Source: Octopus vulgaris (lineage: Eukaryota). From it: a DNA stretch of 64,000 nucleotides. Every line of letters starts with the position of its first letter. Position 1 is the first letter of the stretch. The notes below the pieces were generated by a model that made no database searches, was not told the origin of the DNA, and saw only the letters and a program-made list of their open reading frames with translations. The translations under genes and the position numbers were made by a program. Of the stretch, positions 13,783 through 27,595 are shown piece after piece. The DNA is taken from positions 43,028,001 to 43,092,000 of the forward strand of contig OX597817.1 of NCBI GenBank assembly GCA_951406725.2, read 5' to 3'.

Positions 13783-15636
13783 GATTCTGATTCTGATTCT
13801 AACTTGCCTCAACCGGTCTTCACAAATAGAGTTTTGTGTCCCAAGAAGGGAAGGTATGCATAAGTGGGCTGGCTACATCCCATGTAGAAGGCCACGGGTT
13901 ATGGTCTCACTTGTCCTGCCGGGTCTTCTCGCGCACAGCATACTTCCAGAGGTCTCGGTCTCTAACCATTTCCTCAGTGAGACCTAAAGTTCGAAGGTCG
14001 TGCTTCACCACCTCGTCCCAGGTTTTCCTGGGTCTGCCTCTTCCACAGGTTCCCTCAACCGCTAGGGTGTGGCACTTTTTCACACAACTATCTTCATCCA
14101 TTCTCGCCACATGCCCATACCAGCGCAAACGTCTCTCTTGCACACCACATCTGATGCTTCTCAGGTCCAGCTTTTCTCTCAAGGTACTTACACTCTGTCG
14201 AGTATGAGTACTGACATTACACATCCATCGGAGCATACTGGCTTCATTTCTTGCGAGCTTACGCATATCCTCAGCAGTCACGGCCCATGTTTCACTGCCA
14301 TGTAGCATGGCTGTTCGTACACACGCATCATACAGTCTGCCTTTTACTCTGAGTGAGAGGCCTTTTGTCACCAGCAGAAGTAAGAGCTCTCTGAACTTTG
14401 CCCAAGCTATTCTTACTCTAGCAGTTACACTTTCAGCACACCCACCCCCGCTGCTGACTTGGTCACCTAGGTAACGGAAGCTATCAACTATTTCTAGTTT
14501 TTCTCCCTGGAAAGTGACAGAAGTTGGTTTCAGAGCATTTTCAGTGTTTATTGTTCCTGAGCATCTGCCACATACAAAAACCATCTTCCTAGTTAGCCTT
14601 CCTTTGACATTGCTGCACCTCTTATGTGTCCATAGCTTACACTTGGTGCATCTTATAGAGTTTCTACCTACACCTTTTCTACAGATCGAGCAGGGCCATC
14701 TACCTGAAGGCATTTGTGATTTGTCTACCTTCCTACTTATTACGACTTTGGTTTTAGCTAGATTGACTCTAAGGCCCTTCGATTCTAAACCTTGCTTCCA
14801 CACCTGAAACTTCTCCTCCAGTTCTGATAGTGACTCAGCAATTAGAGCAAGGTCATCAGCATAGAGGAGCTCCCAAGGGCATCCTGTCTTGAATTCCTCT
14901 GTTATTGCCTGGAGGACTATGATAAATAGGAGGGAGCTGAGGACTGAGCCTTGGTAGACCCCTACCTCTACCCGGAATTCTTCACTGTACTCGTTGCCAA
15001 CGCTCACCTTACTAGCAGCGTCCCTGTACATGGCTCGCACAGCTCTCACTAACCATTCATCTATCCCTAGTTTCCTCATTGACCACCAGATGAGGGATCG
15101 GGGGACCCTGTCGAAGGCTTTCTCCATGTCAACAAAAGCCAGATACTTGGGCTTGTCTTTGGCTAGGTATTTCTCCTGCAGCTGCCTTACCAGGAATATA
15201 GCATCAGTGGTACTTTTCCCTGGCACGAACCCAAACTGCATCTCATCTAAACTAACTCTCTCTCTAATTAGTTGGGTTATGACCCTCTCCGTAACCTTCA
15301 TCACCTGATCCATCAGCTTGTTACCTCTGTAATTATTTGTATCTAGGGCGTCACCTTTACCTTTGTAGCAGTTGACTATTATGCTGCTACACCAGTCATT
15401 GGGTATGACTCCTTCTTGTATCACCTGATTAACTATACGGGTGACTAGGCTATAGCTGACACTACCAGATATTTGAGCATCTCTGCAGTGATACCTGATG
15501 GGCCTGGGGCTTTCCCTGTCTTCATGCTTCTAATTGCCTTAACTACCAAGGAACTATCAACTCTGATAGCTGGTCCCTCTGTTGGGTCAACATTCAGCAG
15601 ACTCTCTTTATCCCATTCATTTTCTTTATTCAGCAA
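13783..15636 (-). mobile_element. 5'-truncated RTE-clade LINE; RT ORF 13907-15424 with a frameshifted upstream part
   Basis: QFGFVPGKSTTDAIF, QGSVLS, LLYADD, a C-x2-C/PHD-like insertion, and RLRWYGHV..GRPRKTW. Ends in a short tandem-repeat tail (GATTCT)x3. Confidence 0.95.
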
Positions 15637-17779
15637 CCTGAGTGTGTGTGTGTGTTTGTCTTCTTGTTTTGACATTACATGAATTATAGTTGTAAATGAT
15701 TATCACTGTGATGCAAGCAGTGTCATTTATTACCCTGCTTGCGAAGACCTGTTGAGGCAGGTGAAATTGAAATTAAATTTGATGACTGGCGGGGTGCAAA
15801 GAGCACCATCTGAGCGTGATCATTGCCAGAGCAGCTAACTGGCTTCCGTGCCGGTGGCATGTAAAAAGCACCATTCAAGCATGATCGTTACCAGCATCGC
15901 CTTACTGGCACTTGTGCTGGTTGCATGCGAAAAAACTTATGAGCAGCTGGCATGTAAAAACACCATTTGAACGTGGCTGTTGCCAGTACTGCCTGACTGG
16001 CCCTCATGCCGGTGGCACGTAAAAGCACCCACTACACTCTCGGAGTGGTTGGTGTTAGGAAGGGCATCCAGCTGTAGAAACTCTGCCAGATCAGATTGGT
16101 GCCTGGTGCAGCTATCTGGTTTGCCAGTCCTCAGTCAAATCGTCCAACCCATGCTAGCACGGAAAGCGGACATTAAATGATGATAATGATTCTGCAGCAA
16201 CATGTCTGGCCATGGAGGAAATATTATCCTGCTTGGAAATAGGTGAGGATTGCTGGCAAGAAGGACATCTGGGCATAGAAAATATGCCTCAATAAACTCT
16301 ATTTGACCTATGCAACATGGAAAAGTGATCATTAGAACAGTGCTGATAAAGACTACAGTGGGATTACTCCTTGGTGCTGGTGGGTTACATGCCACCCTTA
16401 CTCAGACAACTCCTCTTGTCAATTAAATTCAAACCACCACCTCAGACCCCATAGTAATCATAACCCTCCACTTTTTGTCTTTTTAACTCTAACTCTGGAA
16501 TGTCTGCCTTCTAGAATTTCACTTTTGCTTGTGTCTTTTCCTGCAGCTGTCAACTTGCAACTGTTCAAGAGGAATATTAACAGCTTTGATTTCACCAGTC
16601 TTGTGGGGCCTGTGAAGATAATAAGCACAGCTCCTTCCTCTAGACCAAACCATTAAAAAAATATAAACATGGATTCAACAAGGTAATTCTCTACACAATC
16701 GCTAAACCTACTAAACATTTCCTTCAAACCACATTATAACATCTTTAAAAAAAAGAGGACATATCCTAAATACTTTTAAAACAATGGATTGATCACAATT
16801 GCAATGCTTTTAATTAGGGTTGACTTTTGTCAACAATATGTTCATCCATTTTTGAGAGTGGGGCATAATCTAAGAGGGATGTAATTGCTATTTTCGTTGG
16901 AGGTAATGTTTTCACATACCAGGCTTTGACTCATACATAGAAGGCTGTAAATAGAGAAACTTTGGCTTAATCTTGATCAGGGTTATTAATTCTCCTGTGG
17001 TCAGTATGAGAGAATAATATGTCTGTTCATTTTGTAAAGGTATTAAAACATAGAGAGAAGGTAAGCCTTTTGAAAATTTTATTAACAGGTTGATTGTCAC
17101 AACCAACTAGCTTTGGTTGTTTTAAACGTGTAATGATTTTAAACTCAACAGTGGGAAGAGGGTACTGAATATTCTCGAATCTCATTATCTTCCCACATAA
17201 ATCAAGTTATGTGCTTGATAGACAAATACTCTATGACAATGAACAGTCTTCAGCTCATCCACAAATTTTTCTTTGCCAATTTTACAGTTTTGACACCCAA
17301 CAACACCTTGACACTCCCCTTTTGCTACCAATAATTTGTTCATTTTTACTGTACTAGACAGCACACAGATTCTTTCTGAATATGAGTCTTTCCTTTGTCC
17401 TAATTTCAGCCTTTTAACTTAAATAATTAACTCATTTCCTGCATTGAAAAGGCATTAGGTTACATATAAGTTAGTGTTCAGATCCTAATGTGTACATATC
17501 CTCATTTCTCTAGGCAAGACATTATATGATTCAGTCTAACTGAAGAACAAACACTAAGCTTTCTGGGGAGGTGCTATTATTGTCTAGCAACAGGGTAAAT
17601 TGGGCTTTTATTTGCTTAATGTTGCAGTAAATCCAAATGAGTCACTGGTTTTGTATATGCTTGACTTCGTGACAAGCAGCACTTAAGTTCTTTCTTTTGG
17701 GGAACAAAAACATTTCTGTGATCAAATAGAAGAAAACTCATTTTGCCAATAAATGCAAGTCATCATCATCATTGTTTAA

Positions 17780-17991
17780 CACTTTCGTTACCAACCCAGC
17801 TGAAACCGGCTCTGGCTCTGAGAACAAATGTCTTGTTTTCAAAAGTTCTGAATTAAAATCTTCCACCAAACCTTAGTCACAATTTATGTTCCTAACTCTA
17901 GCTGAATAAGTTATTTTACTAGATTCTTTGTTATATCTAAAATAATTGAAAGAAATACAGAGTATCTCAAAATAAATACAGTAACGAAAGG
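17780..17991. mobile_element. piggyBac-like MITE
   Basis: TTAA-C(A/C)CTTTCGTTAC ... GTAACGAAAGGG-TTAA. Confidence 0.8.
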
Positions 17992-19284
17992 GTTAATGTC
18001 TGTTTTTTGTACTTGCATAGGTTGAGTTCTCCAGTACAGTGTGTTGCCACTTAATCATTTGTCATCTCCTTCACGAGTTCAGTCTCCTGAGATTACCATT
18101 CATTGCCTCTTCCATATTTTCCTTCATTTTCTGCAAGTTCTGTCCACTTGGAATTCTTGACATCTCTTTATTCAAATATCATCATCCATATGAATTACAT
18201 GTTTGTGTCATTGCAGTCTTCTCCTTAACTCATTGCATCTGATTCCAGTTTTTTTTTTTCCCCAGTTGATTTAAGTTCTTTTGCACAAGCATACTACTAA
18301 TATTACTCTTCCAGTGAAGCATATTCACCTCATTTTTTTCCAGTTTTTTCTCATCCTCTACTATTCAGTACTGTGTTTCACTATCATGCCCTATCACACC
18401 AAGTACACAAACACTATACAATCTGCCCCTCACTCAGAGATTTTCTTTGTTGGCAGCAGAGGTCATAGCTCCATTTTTACTCTGGCGATGTCTTTGGTGC
18501 ACCCACTTTCACAGCTGTTTAGATCACCTAGATAGTTAACAGAAGCTATCAACTATTTCTACAGATAGTTAACAGAAGCTATCAACTATTTCTACAGATC
18601 CCTCTGAGCATAGGAAATATTTTATTTTATATATATATATTTTTTCTAATTATTCCTGTATATCTCCTTCATACAATGTCCTCTATGAGCCTGCCTGTAA
18701 TCTCACTGCATTTCCTACTCGCTTTTTACATTAGCTACACTGTGTAACATTCCTACTTTTTTTTACTGTATATTGAGCTTGTTCCATTCCCAGATTGCAA
18801 TAATTTTTTCTTCATTACTGCTAATGTAAACAATGTCTTTGCTTCCACATTCAAATTTTCTTCTATGATTCTATAATTCTTTCTGAAGGATATCTAGCCA
18901 TAGAAACCATATCGAAGTAGATATTGGAGCTTAGCACAGTCATCTGGTTTGCCAACTTCTTTTGAACTGTTCAACCCATGCCAGCATGCCAGATGGGTCT
19001 TATGTAGTGATAGTGATGATGATTCAGCTACAAGCACTAGGTCATCATATTAAAATAATCAGATGATATTACAGCTAACATGAAAGGTACTGAATTGTGA
19101 TTTGGGACAAACTTCAGTGAATTTAGCTTTTTTCTTGTAGTTTTGCTTTCCATTTATTTGTATTATTTCTTTGTCTTACATTAGTTTAAGAATGTAATGA
19201 GAATTTGCTAACCATGATCATTTAATAATTGATTATTATTGATTTTTATTGATTATTGATTTGTCTTATTACAGAGATCAGTCA

Positions 19285-19354
19285 ATGGAGCAGCAAAATA
19301 AAGACGGTAACCAGGCAGCTGCAAGAAAAAGTGCCATGATTTATATATGTGGAG
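19285..19354 (+). CDS. POLR2K: RNA polymerase I/II/III subunit RPABC4 (RPB12), coding exon 1
   Basis: MEQQNKDGNQAAARKSAMIYICG then GT donor. An AG acceptor about 10 nt upstream of the ATG implies a 5' UTR exon further upstream. Confidence 0.92.
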
Positions 19355-20483
19355 GTAATTTATGATTTTGTTTTAGATTGTATTGACTGCTTTAAAGGTC
19401 ATTCCAACTGTGTATCAGGATCATATTATACAATCTTCTTGAACTCAGCACTGCAAGTTTACAAAGCATTTATTTAATATTATTTACAACCAAGTGACCA
19501 GGACATAAACAGTCTTTGCAAGAAATAAATAATAAAAGTTGTGGCAGTTGTGTACCTTAATAGCTACTGAAAGGATATTCATATTCATAGCTTTGTTATT
19601 TTGTTGATTTGGATAGGAGAAAAGTGCTGTGCCTGCAGATTTTGTCATCAATGTTGTTGAAATTTCTCTTTCAATATTTGCAAGATAACAGCTTCATGAA
19701 AACCACACTGGTAGTCATTGAGGAAGAAGAGGTTCATGGAGATAAAGGTTGTTTCCATCACTTTCATGCTGACTTGAAGCATGAGCTGAAGCTTTCTGTA
19801 GCAGGCCGATGTAAACAACCTCAGTTACAAATCATGATTTCCTGTCTTAGACAAAAGCTAAATGACACCAGGTGGGTTATATTGCTAAACAGAATAGACG
19901 AATGCACTAATCCTATTTTGAAAGAATTGTTCTCATTTATCTTGACATTAGAAACTTTTATCAGTAGTTTTAGTTTTGCTCTTATGTGCTTCAATATGTT
20001 CTAGAAAAGGTACAGGTGCACAAAATGAAAAGTGGCCACACAATGTATGCATAATGTGATTGTAAACATCGGATCTTTACCTTTTAACCGACAGATTTTT
20101 AAAATAATTTTTTGTAACTAAACACTTTCAAATTTCGGACACTGGTAGAATATGTCATATAAAACATCTTTTACTCTTAGCGTTTTTGAGAAAAGCTTAT
20201 ATTTAGGAAGTTATTTCACATTAAAGTTGTCGTATTTCAGTAATTTCAACCAATCAATGACGTACATTCAGCTGAATAAAATTACTGCTGTTGTTTGTCA
20301 ACAACAACTATCAGTGGAATATATTTCGTTTGTTACTGTTATTTATGACATCATTTGTGCATTTGTACTGGTTTTAGGGTTAGAGTTGTCATAAATAACA
20401 GTGATAAACAAAATATATTGATTCTAAGTTTTGTTTCAAAGCCTTTTCTATAACTCAACAAAATGTTTATGGTTTATTTGTAG

Positions 20484-20576
20484 AATGCCATCAGGAAAAT
20501 GAAATCAAAGCCAGAGATCCAATTCGTTGTCGAGAATGTGGTTACAGAATTATGTACAAGAAACGAACAACAAGAA
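20484..20576 (+). CDS. POLR2K: RPABC4 coding exon 2
   Basis: [31 protein letters not shown] zinc ribbon, followed by the U12 donor GTATCCTTT. Confidence 0.95.
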
Positions 20577-22205
20577 GTATCCTTTTGCTTTTGTCTTTAA
20601 ATTTGAGATGGGTCTAGATGGCTTACGGAATACCTGATTCTAGGTAACACTTGGTAATAACAAAAATCAAAACGTGTAGAGCATCACTTTGCAGTAATTG
20701 GTTGTGTTCCTTAAATTTTGGATAATTTTCTGGACGGATATCTTTTACTTTCTACTTGTTTCGGTTATTGGATTGTGGCCATGCTGTTGACTCCAGTACT
20801 AATTTTTAAAATCTAGTACTTATCGTAATGAGATCTTTTGCTGAACTGCTAGATTATGAGGATGTAAGCAAACCAACACCTATTGTCAAGCAACAGTGAA
20901 CACAAACACCTGCACACACATATAAGGCAGATGATGAGGCTTCTATACAGTTTGTGTCTATCAAATTCATTCGTAGCATTGGTGAGCCCAAGGTTTATAG
21001 TACAAGACACTTGCTCAAGGTACTATGCAGTGGTACTGAACCTGAAAGGCGGTGAGCTAGCAGAAACGTTAGCACGCCGGGCGAAATGCGTAGCCGTATT
21101 TCGTCTGGCATTACGCTCTGAGTTCAAATTCCGCCGAGGTCGACTTTACCTTTCATCCTTTTGGGGTTGATAAATTAAGTACCAGTTACACACTGGGGTC
21201 GATGTAATCAACTTAAACCGTTTGTCTTGTTTGTCCCCTCTGTGTTTAGCACCTTGTGGGTAGTAAAGAAATAGGTACTGAACCTGAAACCACGTAGTTG
21301 CAAAGCAAGCATCTTAGCTACACAGCCATTCGTTATTTCAGAAGTGGGCAGTGTCTGTAGGATCTGTTTAATCGCTTTTATCCTTCTCTTACAAAATATT
21401 GCATTGTACTGTGTCAGAAACAACAGAAATGATACTTATTCATTTTCCTTCCAAGGTTGAAGGCTAATTAAACCAGTCTCTACATGTAACCTAGTAAAGA
21501 AAAAAGTCACATAACTATCATTTTATTTAGTCGACATGTTACAGTAGAACATGTTAAGGAAGAGTATAATTTGATGGATTTGACATCAAATGTACACCTC
21601 TAATACTCTCTCTTTTACTTGTTTCAGTCATTTCACTGTGGCCATGCTAGAGTACCGCCTTTAGTCAAACAACTCGACCCCAGGACTTATTCTTTGTAAG
21701 CCTAGTACTTATTCTATCGGTCTCTCCTTTTGCTGAACTGCTAAGTTATGGTGGCGTAAACACACCAGCACTGAACCATAAAAAACATTTGATTTCATTA
21801 ATGAAATCTAGTCTAAGTACTAGTTGAATGTTGTTTGTTCCTTCGAGTCACGCTTGGCTCATAAGGGCTAGTTTTATTGGCATATAGGTTTCCCCACCTG
21901 GACGAGATGCCAGTCCATTGCAGGTGAGCTGCTAGATGCAGGAGGAGAAAGTTGTGGCAAGAGTCAGCAGAAGTTTGCCATTACCTTCTGCTAGGGCCAC
22001 ATGGAGCTTAGATGTTTCACTCATAAACACACACATCGCTTGGTCTGAGATTCAAACCTGTGATCCCTTGACTGCAAGACCGCTGCTCTAACCAATAGGC
22101 CATGTACCTCCACACAAGTTGAATGTTAATTGCTATTAATTGTATATCAGGTAAAAATCAGCTTTTTAAATGATTTCCAAAGTTATGAACCTTAACCCTG
22201 TCCAG

Positions 22206-22228
22206 TGATTGTGTTTGATGCTCGGTAA
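22206..22228 (+). CDS. POLR2K: RPABC4 coding exon 3
   Basis: (M)IVFDAR*. U12 branch point CCTTAAC at 22190-22196, AG at 22204-22205, AATAAA at 22272. Confidence 0.92.
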
Positions 22229-24027
22229 CCAGAGAAGGATCCTTTTGCAGCTTCATTTGTAAATAGCCTTGAATAAAGCCATGTATATATAACTTTCATT
22301 TACTCAGTTTTCTTATTCATTTTTGTTGGAAAGTTCTTAAATAAGATCAATTGAGGATAGTTCCATATCTATGTTATTTCAAGCAAAATGTCTAACAGTA
22401 AGCTGTTTTACTACTTCACTTTTCAAGATGAATCTGTACAGTCATTAATTATTGAGTGTTCTATTTTTTTTAGATGAAACTATAAATTGAGCCTTTATTT
22501 TTAAATTATGAGCAATAATGCTCTTATCCCTTATGCCACTAATTTCAGTTTTTGTTGCAGAACACTTATACAACACTTTTTAAAATTGGAGCACCACCTT
22601 TAGTTAAGCAAATCGACCCCAGGATTTATTCTTTGTAAGCCTAGTACTTATTCTATTGGTCTCTTTTGCTGAACGTAAACACACCACCATTGGTTGTCAA
22701 ATGATGTTGGGAGAACAAACACACATATATATGATGGGCTTCTTTCAGTTTCTGTATACCAAATCCACTCACAAGGCTTTGGTCAGCCCGAGGCTATAGT
22801 AGAAGACATTTGCCCAAGGTGCCACACAGTGGAACTGAACCCAGAACCATGTGGTTCGTAAGCAAGCTACTCACCACACAGCCACTCCTATGCCTATTGA
22901 GAATCTATTTCACATAAAACATGGGTGTTGGTGCCACATAAAAAGCACCTGTATCAGTGCCGCATAAAAGTACCTTGTACACTGTAAGTGGTTGGCATTA
23001 GAAAGGGCATCCAGCTGTAGAAACCATGCCAAAACAAACATGGAACCCAAGCAGCGTAGCAAAAGACGTTTATAACGCTATTTCTGTAAATTGCCTCAAA
23101 GAAAGCAGTGTTTATATTAAATGTTTTGAACATAGAAGGTAATCATTTACCTATCAAAGTGTATTAGCATTTAAGGTTAAGTACACATTTAGGACAACAC
23201 TTTTTAACCTATGTAATTTCTAGTGTCAGCTACTATCTCGGGTCAGGTAAAATTTCCCCCATCATTCCTGATGATTTTATTTAATATAATTTATGCACCC
23301 TTAAAGTTTATTTTTATTCTTGTGAGAAAAATGCATAAATTACATTGGTTTATACAGTATATCACACAGGAGAAAAACAAGGCATCATGTTCATATAGAT
23401 TCATCATTTATTTACCAAATTGGAAGTTGTGAGAATTATAAAGTAATTCACAGCAAAAATAGGTTTTCTGTTCTTTAAACCTCTTTGATGTTTAAGATGG
23501 CATATGGACTTATATTCACAAGATAGACCAGCTTTCTGTAATTAAGAAGAAAAAAAGTTTCAATGAACAATGAAAAATATTAGACTTTATGAAAATATCA
23601 AATGTTTAACCCTTTTGTTATAATTATTACGCTGGAACAAAGTTACGTGAAATTCTGAGGTTTTAATTGAGATCACTGTATAAGTTTGTATCACAGAACC
23701 GAGAACAACCTCATTTGGGTTAGTGTCAAAAGCGTTGACGAATTTGTACACATTTTTCACATGAATAAATCAACTTTTTGTGTGGCAATAAATTTTTTTT
23801 AAATAACAGAAAAAAACAAGAGGCTCTAGAGATTGAGATACAAAGGTATTGCAGAAAACTGGAGGCTTTAACTTCTGGACCCTTATTTATGCAATGACAT
23901 ACGAGCTTGGATGAAATTTTCGATTATAATACAGGTGGTTAATTTGGGACAAAGGGTGTTTCTTAGCAGAAAGACTCGACCTGAAGATTATGTAACATTT
24001 AATGATTTCATGTTTAGCATAAGAATA

Positions 24028-24138
24028 AACTCGCTCAGTTTTAACTTTTCTTCAATGAGAGCCAGAGGCATTTACTGACAGCAGGCAACTGTCTGCACAC
24101 TGCACCATCAGACGCAAATTACCACATCATTGCAAGTT
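24028..24138 (-). ncRNA. SNORD16: Box C/D snoRNA U16-like, copy 1
   Basis: Terminal stem AACTTGC/GCGAGTT, C box ATGATGT, guide GGTAATTTGCG(T) followed by D' CTGA, GACAGTTGCCTGCTGTCA element, D box CTGA. Confidence 0.88.
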
Positions 24139-25411
24139 TGATCATCTTCAAGCACTACATAGACAAATATAAATGTAATTAAACGGTAAGCTATTGTAGT
24201 AATGATATATTAATCCTGGTTTTAAGTATTGTGATACATATCTCTGAAACATTACAATATTCCAAGAATAATCAGTCATAAAATCTTAGAATCTGTTATA
24301 TCACAATACTACACAGTGGCTGAGCTACGAAATCCTCATTGGCACTGTTATATTGCAATACTACACAGTGGCTGTGTGAGCATCTCATCCTCGTTGCCAC
24401 TGTTATATCGCATGTTCGGATGACCTCTACTCAACTCTCAACGTCTAGGCTTCTCCCTCTATATCTACGTGTTGGGCTAGTCTACTTCATCGTCTGGGGG
24501 TGTTGACACAACAGAATCATAAAATCACACCAAAGTATGAGGCAAGGATAAATAATTGTCACCATACATATGTTAAAAAGAAATTAGAAAAGCACAAGCC
24601 ATTGGAAAACAACTGATTATTTAACATTGTGAAATCCTCCTATTTAGGCTAGTTTATTAATAAGCTGAATAGACGGCCTTCATACTAAAATCACAATTTA
24701 GGTTTTACTACAAATAGTAACAGTACTTTTAACCACATCTACAATATCCCAGTCAAGATACATTATTCTGCCAGCACACAAACCTAATTACTTTTGCTGA
24801 TGATTATTATGATAAAATTACATCTCTTCTTTCCTGGACAATTTCTTTGCCATAAAAATTTTTATTCCTTGTTTTATCTAATCATATTTTATGCTACACA
24901 TTTATTTTGCTGTACTTTACAATTTATAACCAGTTGGTATTAGTTTCATTAAAAAACTACAATAACAGCAAAACTTTGACTACACTCAAGCTTAATCCTT
25001 CTTTTGCTGGTTACTGTTATGGTAAATAAAGATCATGCAACTTTGCTTATTCCCTTGCACCACATAAAACCAGAGTTCAGTAAGGTATCATGATAATTTT
25101 GTTTGCTTACCATACTGGTATAGGTTGAACAACTTTTAGAGATAGTGTTTTACAACCAGAAGCCTTTGTAATAACTTCTTACAACTTGGTATATCAATAT
25201 TATGTACATCAGTCTAAACCCCAAATTATTAAAATACAAGAATAAACTTTCCATATTACATAAATTTTAAAAAATCAATTTTTCAGTTTCAATGACAGTT
25301 TAAATCAGATTATGCAAATAGTTTCAAACAGTTAAATTTGGGATGAGGTGACTGGTATTGAAAGGCTACCCTGAAATTCACATAACATGTTTAAGTAGAA
25401 GCATTTATATA

Positions 25412-25522
25412 AACTCGCTCAGTTTTAACTTTTCTTCAATGAGAGCCAGAGGCATTTACTGACAGCAGGCAACTGTCTGCACACTGCACCATCAGACGCA
25501 AATTACCACATCATTGCAAGTT
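25412..25522 (-). ncRNA. SNORD16: U16-like snoRNA, copy 2
   Basis: Essentially identical to copy 1. Confidence 0.88.
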
Positions 25523-25997
25523 AGCATCAGGTTTAAACACAACACAGGCATCAATGTAATCAGATGTCATGGTTACAATAAACAGACTTGCTTTTGGTGA
25601 GAAAGAGTAAGAGAAAAATAAAACCATATGGATATTTACCTGCAAATTTTACTAAAGAAAAAAACTACAAAAAGGTCAAGGGATAACCTTTTTTTATTTT
25701 ATGATGTCCATGTCACTAATTGCAATTAATTTTATTACTAAGACCCATCAAGCTGAGCAAAATCACAGTTGTGGCAGATACCAGTGTCAAGCAAATTGGC
25801 ACCTGTGCCAGTGTCACGCAAATGGCACCCACTCTCAAAGTGGCTGGCGTTCCAGTTTTCAAAATAATCTAACCTCAAGTAAATACACTATAAGCATTTA
25901 AATAAACAAACCTATTTTTTAGTTATTTTCAGCTCAATCATTACAGGACTGAGGTTTTGACTTGGAAGATTTTTCAACAAGACGGTAAGAGTAAATG

Positions 25998-26108
25998 AAC
26001 TTGCTCAGTTTTAACTTTTCTTCAATGAGAGCCAGAGGCATTTATTGACAGCAGGCAACTGTCTGCACACTGCACCGTCAGACGCAAATTACCACATCAC
26101 TGCAAGTT
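25998..26108 (-). ncRNA. SNORD16: U16-like snoRNA, copy 3
   Basis: C box GTGATGT; guide, D box and stem intact. Confidence 0.87.
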
Positions 26109-26900
26109 AGCATCAGGTTTAAACACAACACAGGCATCAGTATCTCATCAGTTGTCATGGTTACACTAAACAGACTTGCTTTTGGTGAGAAAGAGTAAGA
26201 GAAAAATAAAACCATATGGAGACCATCATTTGCTACTAAACAATTATCATTACTTCTGCTGAACATAATTATGGTGGCCAGTGTAAGTCATAACATCCTA
26301 TGTGACATAAATTCACCTGCAAGCACATTTATCACTCAGTCCTATGCCACCAGAATTGAACCACTCATATTTATATTCAAAGGAAGATATGAACTCTAAT
26401 CTGAAGAAAGAAACTTTAATCCATTTACCATTTATTCATATTTTGTAATGTCCACTATTAAAATTGATCTGAATATTGTTGAATTTTTGCAATTTATTTT
26501 GGAAATTATCTTGCCTTCAAAACTTCTATGCATACTTGACTATGTTGTTTCTGAAGGGAAAAAATTAATTTACTACCTGTAAATCTTATTTTAAAAATCT
26601 ACAAAAAGGTCAAGGGAAAACTTTTTTGTTTTTTGCTTATGATGTCCATGTCACTAATTGCAATTAATTTTATTACTAAGACCCATAAAGCTGAGCAAAA
26701 TCGCAGTTGTGGCAGATACCAGTGTCACGCAAATGGCACCCATTACACTCTCAGAGTGGTTGGCATTCCAATTTTCAAAATCGTAAATACACTATAGGCA
26801 TTTAAATAAACAAACCTATTTTTTAGTTATTTTTAGTTCAATCATTACAGCACTGAGATTTTGATTTGGAAGATTTTCAACAAGATGGTAGGAGTAAATA

Positions 26901-27011
26901 AACTTGCTCAGTTTTAACTTTTCTTCAATGAGAGCCAGAGGCATTTATTGACAGCAGGCAACTGTCTGCACACTGCACCATCAGACGCAAATTACCACAT
27001 CACTGCAAGTT
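26901..27011 (-). ncRNA. SNORD16: U16-like snoRNA, copy 4
   Basis: Boxes, guide and stem intact. Confidence 0.87.
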
Positions 27012-27484
27012 AGCATCAGGTTTAAACACAACACAGGCATCAATGTAATCAGTTGTCATGGTTACAATAAACAGACTTGCTTTTGGTGAGAAAGAGTAAG
27101 AGAAAAATAAGACCATATGGATATTTACCTGCAAATTTTACTAAAAAAAAACTACAAAAAGGTCAAGGGATAACTTTTTTTTATTTTATGATGTCCATGT
27201 CACTAATTGCAATTAATTTTATTACTAAGACCCATCAAGCTGAGCAAAATCACAGTTGTGGCAGATACCAGCGTCAAGCAAATTAGCACCTGTGCCAGTG
27301 TCACGCAAATGGCACCCACTCTCAAAGTGGTTGGCATTCCAGTTTTCAAAATAATCTAACCTCAAGTAAATACACTGTAGGCATTTAAATAAACAAACCT
27401 ATTTTTTAGTTATTTTCAGCTCAATCATTACAGGACTGAGGTTTTGACTTGGAAGATTTTTCAACAAGACGGTAAGAGTAAATG

Positions 27485-27595
27485 AACTTGCTCAGTTTTA
27501 ACTTTTCTTCAATGAGAGCCAGAGGCATTTATTGACAGCAGGCAACTGTCTACACACTGCACCATCAGACGCAAATTACCACATCACTGCAAGTT
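27485..27595 (-). ncRNA. SNORD16: U16-like snoRNA, copy 5
   Basis: Boxes, guide and stem intact. Confidence 0.87.

Noticed and set aside
13836-15308. Several + strand ORFs
   Set aside because: Antisense shadows of the RTE ORF.
19609-20004. 131 aa ORF in a POLR2K intron
   Set aside because: No recognisable motif and no ATG start; likely chance or decayed repeat.
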